Assembly (NCBI GenBank): GCA_029101205.1
Contig: JAQXQO010000134.1
Location: 45,281-109,280 of the forward strand
From: Coriobacteriales bacterium
Lineage (GTDB): Bacteria; Actinomycetota; Coriobacteriia; Coriobacteriales; Atopobiaceae
Direction of reading: 5' to 3'
Length of the DNA: 64,000 nt
Of this stretch, positions 28,957 to 37,257 are shown piece by piece. How positions within the stretch are numbered: the first letter of the stretch is position 1; each line of letters starts with the position of its first letter. The position numbers and the translations under genes were made by a program. The notes under the pieces were generated by a model. It was not told where the DNA came from, ran no database searches, and saw only the letters and a program-made list of their open reading frames with translations.

Positions 28957-29703
28957 CTATGCCCTCCTGGTCTCGTTCGAGATGACGCAGCGGTTGGCCG
29001 GCAGCCAGACGCTGCCCCACTCGAAGGGCGTGCCGTCCTCCAGCCTGACCAGCTGGTCCAGGTTCAGCACGGGGGCATGGCAGTCGCACTCCAGCCAGCG
29101 CCCACGCTCGCGCCCGGCGGTACGGGCCGTGTACACCATCTCGGAGCGGCCGATGCCCTGCCCGCTGGTGCGCTCCACCGCCGCAAAGAGGCCCTCGTGC
29201 TCGAAGTCCGCGTCCTCCAGTCCCGGGCAGGCGCCCAGGTTCAGGTGGCTCTCGATCAGCATGACGGGGCGGTGCAGCACGTAGCGCACGCGCGACAGGT
29301 ACAGGTAGCGCTCCCCCACCTCGATGCCCAGGTTCTCGGCGCAGACCTCGTTGGCAGGCTCCACACGCTCGTGCACGACACGCGTCTGGTAGCGTATGCC
29401 CTGCGCGTTCATGGACTCGGCAAACGAGAGGAGCCTGTTGCTGGAGGGGCGCGCCATCAGGGGCTGCGTCACGAAGGTGCCGCGTCCGCGCTGCTGCACC
29501 AGCAGGCCCTCGTCCACCAGGGCGCGGATGCCCTTCTGCACGGTGCCGCGCGACAGCCCCAGCATGTCCATGAGCTCGTGCTCGGAGGGAATGGGCTCGT
29601 TGACGCCCCACTCCTTCGAATAGATCTTCTCGCGCACGAAGTCGGCCACCTGCTCGTACAGCAGCGACCCCTCCCGCTTTTGCATCTTTACGTGCTCGCT
29701 CAA
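28957..29703 (-). CDS. GntR (HutC/UTRA) transcriptional regulator
   Basis: LYEQV...IPSEHEL...SRGTV...GRGTFV plus UTRA domain. TTG start overlaps the upstream stop (alternative ATG at 29685). Confidence 0.9.
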   Translation of the reverse strand: MSEHVKMQKREGSLLYEQVADFVREKIYSKEWGVNEPIPSEHELMDMLGLSRGTVQKGIRALVDEGLLVQQRGRGTFVTQPLMARPSSNRLLSFAESMNAQGIRYQTRVVHERVEPANEVCAENLGIEVGERYLYLSRVRYVLHRPVMLIESHLNLGACPGLEDADFEHEGLFAAVERTSGQGIGRSEMVYTARTAGRERGRWLECDCHAPVLNLDQLVRLEDGTPFEWGSVWLPANRCVISNETRRA

Positions 29704-30455
29704 CGGGAGGCCTCCGACACCACGAGGTCGGCACTGCAGGACGGGTCCTCCAGTGGGTCGCCGCCCTGCGCGCGCAGCCTGAGCCAGCGATACAGCACGT
29801 CGTTCACCTGCTCGAACGTCTGGCGGAAGAACTCCGCGCTCAGAAGGCTGTAGTCGGGCGTACCATCCACGTGATGCAGCGCGTTGTCGCGCACGATGCG
29901 GTCGGCCACGTCGACCGCGGCACGCACGTCCATCGCCTCGACGGAATACTGGGGGAACGCCTGGCACTGGCGCAACAGCTCGTCGGTCACGCGCGGCATC
30001 AGGCTGATGTCCAGCGTCCTGCCAAACAGGTCGAAGTCGCCCTGCTTTCGGATGCGCGTACGCTCGCCGGGCGCCACACCGATGGAGTCGATGTAGTGAC
30101 GCGTGTTCAGGTTGTAGCAGTGGTCGCACACCAGGTGCGCCCATGCGCCAAGCGTCACGTCGGTCACCTGGTCGGGCGACCAGGCAGACGCCGCACCGTC
30201 GCGGAACGCGTCGCCCCGAATGTACAGGCGCCAGAACTCATCGGCGCGCGGAGCCGGGATGAAGGCCGCGTCGGCAAAGTGCGTCTGGCGGTAGTCGATG
30301 ACCTTCGAGGGGTTCTTTACCATGTAGCCCACGTACACGTCGGGAACGTAGTTGCCAAAGAGAAACTCGTTCACCCCAACGATGCCCAGCTCATGGGCAT
30401 CGTGCGACCCCAGCAGGGTCTGAACGTGGGCGGTATGAATGTTCCAGCTAGGCAT
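29700..30455 (-). CDS. Zinc-dependent phospholipase C-like metallohydrolase
   Basis: MPSWNIH...FLFGNYVPD...THF...LGAWAHLVCD metal-ligand pattern. Confidence 0.65.
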   Translation of the reverse strand: MPSWNIHTAHVQTLLGSHDAHELGIVGVNEFLFGNYVPDVYVGYMVKNPSKVIDYRQTHFADAAFIPAPRADEFWRLYIRGDAFRDGAASAWSPDQVTDVTLGAWAHLVCDHCYNLNTRHYIDSIGVAPGERTRIRKQGDFDLFGRTLDISLMPRVTDELLRQCQAFPQYSVEAMDVRAAVDVADRIVRDNALHHVDGTPDYSLLSAEFFRQTFEQVNDVLYRWLRLRAQGGDPLEDPSCSADLVVSEASR

Positions 30456-30629
30456 ATGGCTATCGTAGCCGACACGCCCCGCCCCTGCGTCGAGTCTGCA
30501 CCACGACACAAACACTCTGTAACATTCGTCGCACGGACACCCGTTTCGACTCGCCAGCTATGGGCGCCGGCGCCCAAACGAGCACCCCGATGGGCGCGCA
30601 CGGTGCCCCAGAATCGCATTTTGGTGCTG

Positions 30630-30810
30630 CTCCGGACACCGAGACGCGCATCTTGCGGTGCTTGCCCATGAGGTTGCCCTTGTTGTCGAACCACCACCGG
30701 GTGAGGTAGAGCGAGCCCTCGTCCTTCTCGGAGCTGCCTATGCAGACGTAGATGTCGTTGTCGCGCACGGCCTGGACGGCGGCGACCCTGTACTTGGGAT
30801 AGACGGACAT
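30630..30810 (-). pseudogene. Nitrilase / cyanide dihydratase-like remnant (internal deletion and 3' truncation)
   Basis: MSVYPKYRVAAVQA joined directly to VRDNDIYVCIGSSEKDEGSLYL...GKHRKMRVSV. The FPE (Glu) segment and the Cys-containing half are missing. RBS AAGGAGG intact. Confidence 0.8.
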
Positions 30811-30899
30811 ACGTGTTCCTCCTTCTGACGTGGGGCGCTGCCCTTCGGGCCGGGTTCAGACGATGTTCGTCGACCCGGCACGTCAAGCTGGACCCCCTT

Positions 30900-30963
30900 T
30901 GACCAGGGCTTTCGCTCTGTCTTTCTGGCCAGGGCTTTCGCTCTGATCCTGGCCAGGGCTATC
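30900..30963. repeat. Three direct copies of TGRCCAGGGCT(T/A)TC
   Basis: Copies start at 30900, 30926 and 30950. Confidence 0.8.
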
Positions 30964-31589
30964 ACCTTGGTCTCTAGGTCTGGTCCTTCGTTTGGCCCTC
31001 GCCGCAACTCCTTCAGCGGCGACGAGGCGCTGGACCTGGCATTTACTGATTACAGAAGAACGAAATCACGCATCCGGATTACGCAGGCATTGGCGAATGG
31101 CCTCGTTGTTGGTGCTTCGCTCGTGCCTGACTGCAACGTATCACTCGTGAATGATGCAGGCGGCACAATTGACGGAATATACGCTGCGTATTGCTCACGA
31201 AATGTACCGGATATATCTTTTGCAGCTATCGGAAGAATCACGCCAACCTTCTGGTAGGCCACGCCGTCCCAAGCCATGTTTCCCCATACCCTTCCGACAC
31301 CGGTAAAGCACTCCCAGGCAATTCCAGCCTCAACCCCGGATTCCAGCCGCTCCGATTCAGAGTCCCAAATGTTTCAATGTGGATTTAGCCTCCGTCAATC
31401 AACAAGCATCTCCAGGTCGGGCAGCCGGCAACCCGGGCTGACTCCAGGTCGTAGTGTTTGGCCTGCGCCAACCCCAAGCCAGGACGCCGACGCCTCTGAT
31501 CTTTGGCATGGAGGTTTCCAGAATACAGACCATGCCAATACCGAGCGTCAGGCAATCTCTGGGGGGATAAGTGCACCCGGAGGCAGGCA

Positions 31590-31812
31590 CCCCAATCAAC
31601 GTGTTAGCCTCAACCTACTTACGGAAACGCGTCGATTGGGGCACCTGACGCATGTCAAGAGAAGAGGTTGACCCCCCCCCGATCGGCCGGTTTTCGTAAG
31701 GGACTCGACAAAAGCGAACCGATTGGGGCGTTTGGACCGGGCTATCTGACGGATTGAGGCGCCCCAATCGAGCAGATAGACCGACCTTGGAGCTCAGGAT
31801 TCCGGATTGGGA
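31590..31812. repeat. Array of three inverted-repeat units CCCCAATC-N35/36-GATTGGGG
   Basis: Units 31590-31641, 31677-31728 and 31762-31812; spacers unrelated to each other. Confidence 0.75.
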
Positions 31813-32192
31813 CGTCCACCAAGCGCTCCGATTGGCGATGGGGTGCTAGCCGTAGCAGACCCATCGGAATTTCCAGGTCGGGGCGTTCGACCTACTCAAA
31901 CTCCCGGTCTGGGCGGATTCTGCACGTTAACGTCGCCAGGTCTGGGCGCAGAGGCCGTCATTCCAGACGCGCTAGGCACGGGTGCTGAGAGCACGGAAGC
32001 AAAGTCTCGGCCAGAGCGATTCCAACCGGAACCAGCCAAATCGCATGAGCGTAGGTCGATTCTGAACCGCACGTCACTCTCGAATCACGCAAGAAGCGCG
32101 CCGGTCCATAGTGCGCGCCAGTCCGCACCTCATGGCAAGAAGCCCATGCCAGCTTGCAATCAAGACGGACCGCACCCACCCTCATAGGCCAA

Positions 32193-32292
32193 CAAAAGAC
32201 CGTGCCGACCCGAAAGTCGGCACGGTCCGATAGTCAGCGCGGTCAGAAAGTCGTTGCGGTTCGCTGCCGCGACCCGAAAGTCGGCACGGTCC
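32193..32292 (-). terminator. pheT terminator hairpin with partial duplication
   Basis: GACCGTGCCGAC-CCGAAA-GTCGGCACGGTC; GACCCGAAAGTCGGCACGGTCC is repeated again near 32271. Confidence 0.75.
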
Positions 32293-32332
32293 AAAACCAC
32301 GGCCCGAAAGCCAGCGCAGCCCGCAGTCGCAG

Positions 32333-34798
32333 CTACGAGCGCACCTCGGCGCCAGTGCTGCGCAGCACCTTCTTCACCAGGCGAGAGTGCGCCTTCTCGA
32401 CCTCCTCGGAGGTCAGGGTGTGGTCGGCGGCGCGATACGTCAGCGAGAAGGCCATGCTCTTCTTGCCCTTGCCCACGCGGACGGGGTCACGGTACACGTC
32501 AAACAGGCGCACGTCGCTCAGCAGCTTGCCACCGGCAGAGGTGATGCGCTGCACCAGCTGCTCGTATGTGACGCTCTCGTCCACGACCAGCGCCAGGTCC
32601 ACGTCCACGCCCGGCAGCGTGGGCACCTCCTGGTACGGCAGCTCGCGGCTGGCCAGGCGCAGCAAGCCGGCGACGGACAGCTCGAAGGCCACCACAGGCT
32701 CTTCGATGCCAAAGTTCGCCAGCGAGTTGGGGTGGACGTTGCCCACCCAGCCCAGGATCTCGCCGTGGGACAGAACCTCTGCGGCACTGCCCGGCTGCAG
32801 CCAGGGGTATGCCTGGGCGTCGCACGCCTTGAAGCGCACCTTCGTGATGCGCAGCTGGTCCAAGAGCTCCTCCACGACACCCTTCGCGTCAAAAAAGTCC
32901 AGCTCGCGGTACTTGGCGCTCCACTGGTCCTCGTTCCAGCGGCCCGCCATGACGCCCGCCACCATGGTGGGCTCGTCGGGCTGGCTCTTTGTGGGGTGGC
33001 CGTAGAACACGCGACCAATCTCGTACAGCGCCACGTCGGGAACGCCGTGGTCCAAGTTGTAGGCAACGGAGCGCAGCAGGCCCGGCAGCATGTCGCGGCG
33101 CATCTGGCTCTGGTCGGCCACCAGCGGGTTGATGATCTGCACGGGGATGCCCTTGCCCTCGTCGGGCATGTTCAGGCGCTTCAGGTCGCGCGCGTCGGCA
33201 AAGCAGTACGTGCTGGTCTCGCTGAGATGGCAGGAGCGCAGCACGCGGCCGATCTTGCGCAGGCGCTGCTGCTCCACGGTCAGGCCGCCGGCGTGGTTGC
33301 GCGCCGCGGGCAGCGTGGGTGTGATGTCGCCCTCGCCCCACAGGCGGCACACCTCCTCCACCAGGTCGATCTCGCGGGTGAGGTCAGGGCGGTTCGTGGG
33401 GGCCACGACCTCGACGGGCTCGTGCTCGCCGGCGGGGTCGGCCACCTGGCAGCCCAGACGGCGCAGGCGCTCCGCCATGAAGCTCGTGGGGATGTCCGCT
33501 CCGCACAGCGCGCGCACGCGGTCGGGGCGCATCTGGATGTGCACGGGCTCGGCGGGCACGGGGTACTGGTCCACCATGCCGGGAGCCACCTCGGCGCCGC
33601 AGCACTGCTGGAACAGGGCGGCCGCGATGTCGGACACCTGAGCACAGCCGGCCGGGTCCACCTGGCGCTCGTAGCGGATGGAGGCCTCGCTCATGAGGTC
33701 GAGGTTACGGCTGGTGCGGCTGATGTGGCCGCTGTCGAAGGCTGCGGCCTCCAGCAGCACGTCGATCGTGTTGTCGTCGATCTCGGAGTTCAGGCCGCCC
33801 ATGACGCCGGCCAGGCACACGGGCTCGTTGCCGTCGTCGGTGATGACCACCATGTCGCTCGTGAGCTCGCGCTCCTTGCCATCCGGCGTGGTGATCTTCT
33901 CGCCATCCTTTGCGGCGCGCACCACGATGTGGCGCTTGCCGTCGCGCTCGGACAGCTTGTTCAGGTCGAAGGCGTGCAGCGGCTGGCCGGTCAGGTACAT
34001 GACATAGTTCGTGACGTCGACCACGTTATTGATGGGTCGGCTGCCTGCGGCCATGACGCGACGCGCCAGCCACTCGGGACTGGGGCCGATCTTCACGTTG
34101 CGCACCACGCGGGCCGTGTAGCGGCTGCACAGGGCGGGGTCAGCTATGGTCACGTCCACGGAGTCGGCCGAGGGAACTCCCTGCTCACCATGAATCTGGG
34201 GCAGCTCGACGTGGGTGTCCTCGTCCAGGTCGGCCGCGGTCTCGACGGCCATGCCCACCATGCTGAGGCAGTCGGGGCGGTTCGGCGTAATCTCGCAGTC
34301 GATCACCGTGTCGCTGATTCCGTAGTAGTCGCTGAAGTCCACGCCCACAGGCGCGTCGGGCGGCAGGATCATGATGCCGCTGTGGTCGTTGCCCAGGCCC
34401 AGCTCGCGCTCAGAGCAGTTCATGCCGTAAGACTCGACGCCGCGCAGCTTGGATTTCTTTATCTTCACGTCGCCGGGGAGCACGGCGCCGATCATGGCCA
34501 CCACGATGTGGTCGCCCTCGTTGAAGTTCTGGGCACCGCACACGATCTGCAGCGGCTCAGGTTCGCCCTTCTCGTTGACGTTCTTCTGGCCCACGGAGAC
34601 CTGGCACAGCCACATGTGGTCCGAGTCGGGGTGGGGCTTCTTTGACAGCACCTGGCCGGTCACCACGTGATCCAGGTTCGCTCCGACCTTCTCGACGGCC
34701 TCGACCTCGGTGCCCGTGCGCACGTACTCCTGCACGAGCTTCTGGGGGTCGTCGGGAACGTCGACCATGGACTTCAGCCATTCGTATGAAACGCGCAT
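32333..34798 (-). CDS. pheT: Phenylalanine-tRNA ligase beta subunit
   Basis: MRVSYEWLK, IVCGA, ITPNRPDCLS, RPDL-x-REIDLVEEV, C-terminal FDX-ACB domain. Confidence 0.98.
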   Translation of the reverse strand: MRVSYEWLKSMVDVPDDPQKLVQEYVRTGTEVEAVEKVGANLDHVVTGQVLSKKPHPDSDHMWLCQVSVGQKNVNEKGEPEPLQIVCGAQNFNEGDHIVVAMIGAVLPGDVKIKKSKLRGVESYGMNCSERELGLGNDHSGIMILPPDAPVGVDFSDYYGISDTVIDCEITPNRPDCLSMVGMAVETAADLDEDTHVELPQIHGEQGVPSADSVDVTIADPALCSRYTARVVRNVKIGPSPEWLARRVMAAGSRPINNVVDVTNYVMYLTGQPLHAFDLNKLSERDGKRHIVVRAAKDGEKITTPDGKERELTSDMVVITDDGNEPVCLAGVMGGLNSEIDDNTIDVLLEAAAFDSGHISRTSRNLDLMSEASIRYERQVDPAGCAQVSDIAAALFQQCCGAEVAPGMVDQYPVPAEPVHIQMRPDRVRALCGADIPTSFMAERLRRLGCQVADPAGEHEPVEVVAPTNRPDLTREIDLVEEVCRLWGEGDITPTLPAARNHAGGLTVEQQRLRKIGRVLRSCHLSETSTYCFADARDLKRLNMPDEGKGIPVQIINPLVADQSQMRRDMLPGLLRSVAYNLDHGVPDVALYEIGRVFYGHPTKSQPDEPTMVAGVMAGRWNEDQWSAKYRELDFFDAKGVVEELLDQLRITKVRFKACDAQAYPWLQPGSAAEVLSHGEILGWVGNVHPNSLANFGIEEPVVAFELSVAGLLRLASRELPYQEVPTLPGVDVDLALVVDESVTYEQLVQRITSAGGKLLSDVRLFDVYRDPVRVGKGKKSMAFSLTYRAADHTLTSEEVEKAHSRLVKKVLRSTGAEVRS

Positions 34799-34889
34799 CT
34801 TGTTGCCTTTCTGACTACGCGGGGAGTGTCTGCGGGCCCGCCTGCGCGGCGGCCCCTGATAGCGCATGCGACGAACGCCGCCTGCCGGC

Positions 34890-35957
34890 CTAGAACTGGT
34901 GCAGGAACCTCATGTCGCCGGTCATCAGCATGCGCAGGTCGGGCAGGTCGTAGCGCAGCGCCGCCACGCGCTCCACGCCGATGCCAAACGCGAATCCCGA
35001 GTACTCCTCGGGGTCGATGCCGCAGTTGCGAAGCACGTTGGGGTCCACCATGCCGCAGCCCAGAATCTCCAGCCAGCCGGTCCCCTTGCAGAAGCGGCAG
35101 CCCTTGCCGCCGCACACGCCGCACGACACATCCACCTCGCACGACGGCTCGGTGAAGGGGAAGAAGTGCGGACGGTAGCGCGTGGCGCGGTCCTTGCCGA
35201 AGATCTCGCGCGTGAAGTAGTCCAGGGTGCCCTTGAGGTCGCCGAACGTGATGCCCTTGTCGACCACCAGGCCCTCGACCTGCGTGAACTGGGGCAGGTG
35301 GTTGGCGTCGGCCGTGTCGGGACGAAACACCGTGCCCGGGCAGATCATATAGATGGGCGGCTTCTGGCGCTCCATGACGTGCACCTGCACGCCGGAGGTC
35401 TGCGTGCGCAGCAAGACGTCGGACTCGCCCAGCACGTGGTGCTCCTTGCCCTCGGGGGCGTTGTCCACCACGTAGAACGTGTCCTTGGACGAGCGGCTGG
35501 GATGGTCCTCAGGGGCGTTCAGAGCCGTGAAGTTGTACCAGGTGGTCTCGACGTAGGGACCGTCCTCCACCGTGTAGCCCAGCCCGCAGAAGATGTCCTC
35601 CATCTCCTCGCGGATCTGGTTGATGAGGTGCTGCGTGCCCGGGGACAGGCGACGGCCCGGCAGCGTCACGTCGACGGCCTCGGCGCTCATGCGCCTGTTC
35701 ATGGCCTCGCGCTTCAGCTCCTCGGCGCGCTTCGTGATGGCCATGTCCACGTTCGCACGGACGGTGTTTGCCAGCTTGCCCATGGCAGGGCGCTCCTCGG
35801 GAGGCACCTTCCCCATCATGTGCATCAGCGCGGTCAGACTGCCCTTGCGCCCCAGGACCGACACGCGCAGCGCGTCGAGCGCCTTCGGGTCGGCCACCTT
35901 TGCCAACCCCTCCTGTACCTGCGCCTCAATCTGCTTGAGGTCGTCGGACATTGCCAT
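34890..35957 (-). CDS. pheS: Phenylalanine-tRNA ligase alpha subunit
   Basis: LRTQTSGVQ, FPFTEPS, GWLEILGCG, GFAFGIGVER. Confidence 0.98.
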   Translation of the reverse strand: MAMSDDLKQIEAQVQEGLAKVADPKALDALRVSVLGRKGSLTALMHMMGKVPPEERPAMGKLANTVRANVDMAITKRAEELKREAMNRRMSAEAVDVTLPGRRLSPGTQHLINQIREEMEDIFCGLGYTVEDGPYVETTWYNFTALNAPEDHPSRSSKDTFYVVDNAPEGKEHHVLGESDVLLRTQTSGVQVHVMERQKPPIYMICPGTVFRPDTADANHLPQFTQVEGLVVDKGITFGDLKGTLDYFTREIFGKDRATRYRPHFFPFTEPSCEVDVSCGVCGGKGCRFCKGTGWLEILGCGMVDPNVLRNCGIDPEEYSGFAFGIGVERVAALRYDLPDLRMLMTGDMRFLHQF

Positions 35958-35979
35958 GGTAAAACCCCTTTCGAGCCAA

Positions 35980-36240
35980 GAAAAAATCCGCCCCTGGAAA
36001 GCCCAAGGACGGATGAATCCGCGGTACCACCTTGATTGACGCAAGCTATGTTTTGCGAGCGTCCACTCGTTTGTCCCGTGTCGTGGGACGGACGGCTCCC
36101 CTACCGGCCGCACGGATGCGGCTTTGAGTTCGCGGCTGGTAAAGTGAACGCACATCATCCACCTGGCGAGAGCCTCTCAGCCGGTGAGCTCCCTCTCTGT
36201 GCCGTGGCGACGCGACGATGTGCCCTCTTCGTCATTGCCT
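35980..36240 (-). ncRNA. T-box riboswitch (Phe), transcription-attenuation type
   Basis: Minus strand: AGAGAGGGAGC...GGCTGAGAG stem I motifs, probable specifier TTC, T-box AAGGTGGTACCGCG (36033-36020), then terminator hairpin plus TTTTTT. Confidence 0.92.
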
Positions 36241-36263
36241 GCGTTGCATGGTAGCACAAACGG

Positions 36264-37085
36264 CTACGCCAGTGCCAAATGCTCCAAGCCGGTTGCCACG
36301 CCGTCCTCCAGCACGCCGTCGGTCACGTAGTCGGCCTGCTGCTTCACGGCGGGACTGGCGTTGCCCATGGCAACGCTGACGTCCACCTCGCCAAACAGGG
36401 TGAGGTCGTTCTCGGAGTCGCCAAAGCCGTACGTCGTACCCGCATCGTCGCCCAGGCGGGCGAGGACGCACTCGATGCCGGCCTTCTTCGTGTTGCATGC
36501 CAGGCCGATCTCGGAGTTGTCGCACTCCAGGCGACTGGCCACCAGCACCTTGCCCAGCTGGGGGTCGGCCATCAGCATGTCGGCCGCCGTGGTGCGGATG
36601 ACCAGCTTGTACGCCTTGTGGTCGGCCAGCGCCTCCAGGGCCTCGTCGATGGTCTGAGGCGTGTCCGCGAGGTTGCCCATGGTGCCGCCGCGCACGTTCA
36701 CCTTGTCGGCGGCAGACTCGATCATGATGCCGTAGCCACCCTCCCGCAGCAGCTGGTCCATGCGTCGCAGCGTGTCCTCAGGCAGGGGGCAGTCGCGCAG
36801 CACCTCGTCGCCCATGCGCACGTAGGCGCCTGCCAGCGCCACCATGCCGCTGAAGGGCAGGGCCGCCAGGTCGGGGTGGATATCGTGGGGCGACCTTCCG
36901 GAGCACAGGAAGGCGCGGTTGCCCCTGCTGACCAGCCTTCGGATGGCATCGGCCACGCGGGGGCTGGGCGCGGGCGAGAAGCCCCTCTCCCACTCGGGGA
37001 TTGCATCCTGCTTTGTGGGGTCGTTCCAGCCCAGCGTTCCGTCTATGTCAAAGAACACCGTGGCCTTGTGGGTGCATGCTGACAT
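36264..37085 (-). CDS. Cof-type HAD-IIB phosphatase
   Basis: FFDIDGTL, CSGR, K, FGDSENDL...AMGNA. Confidence 0.9.
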   Translation of the reverse strand: MSACTHKATVFFDIDGTLGWNDPTKQDAIPEWERGFSPAPSPRVADAIRRLVSRGNRAFLCSGRSPHDIHPDLAALPFSGMVALAGAYVRMGDEVLRDCPLPEDTLRRMDQLLREGGYGIMIESAADKVNVRGGTMGNLADTPQTIDEALEALADHKAYKLVIRTTAADMLMADPQLGKVLVASRLECDNSEIGLACNTKKAGIECVLARLGDDAGTTYGFGDSENDLTLFGEVDVSVAMGNASPAVKQQADYVTDGVLEDGVATGLEHLALA

Positions 37086-37257
37086 TTCATCCTCTTTCGT
37101 AGCGCACGGCCGGAACCCGCCGGCCGAGAAGATCTTCACAGAGCCCCGCCTGGCATACCAAGCGGGGCGCAAACGACGGCCGGTGCCCCCGAGCCCCCCT
37201 CGTATGGGGCGCCGGCCGCGCGTTGTCAAAGCTGATGCGAGCCCAGCGTCAGTCGGT

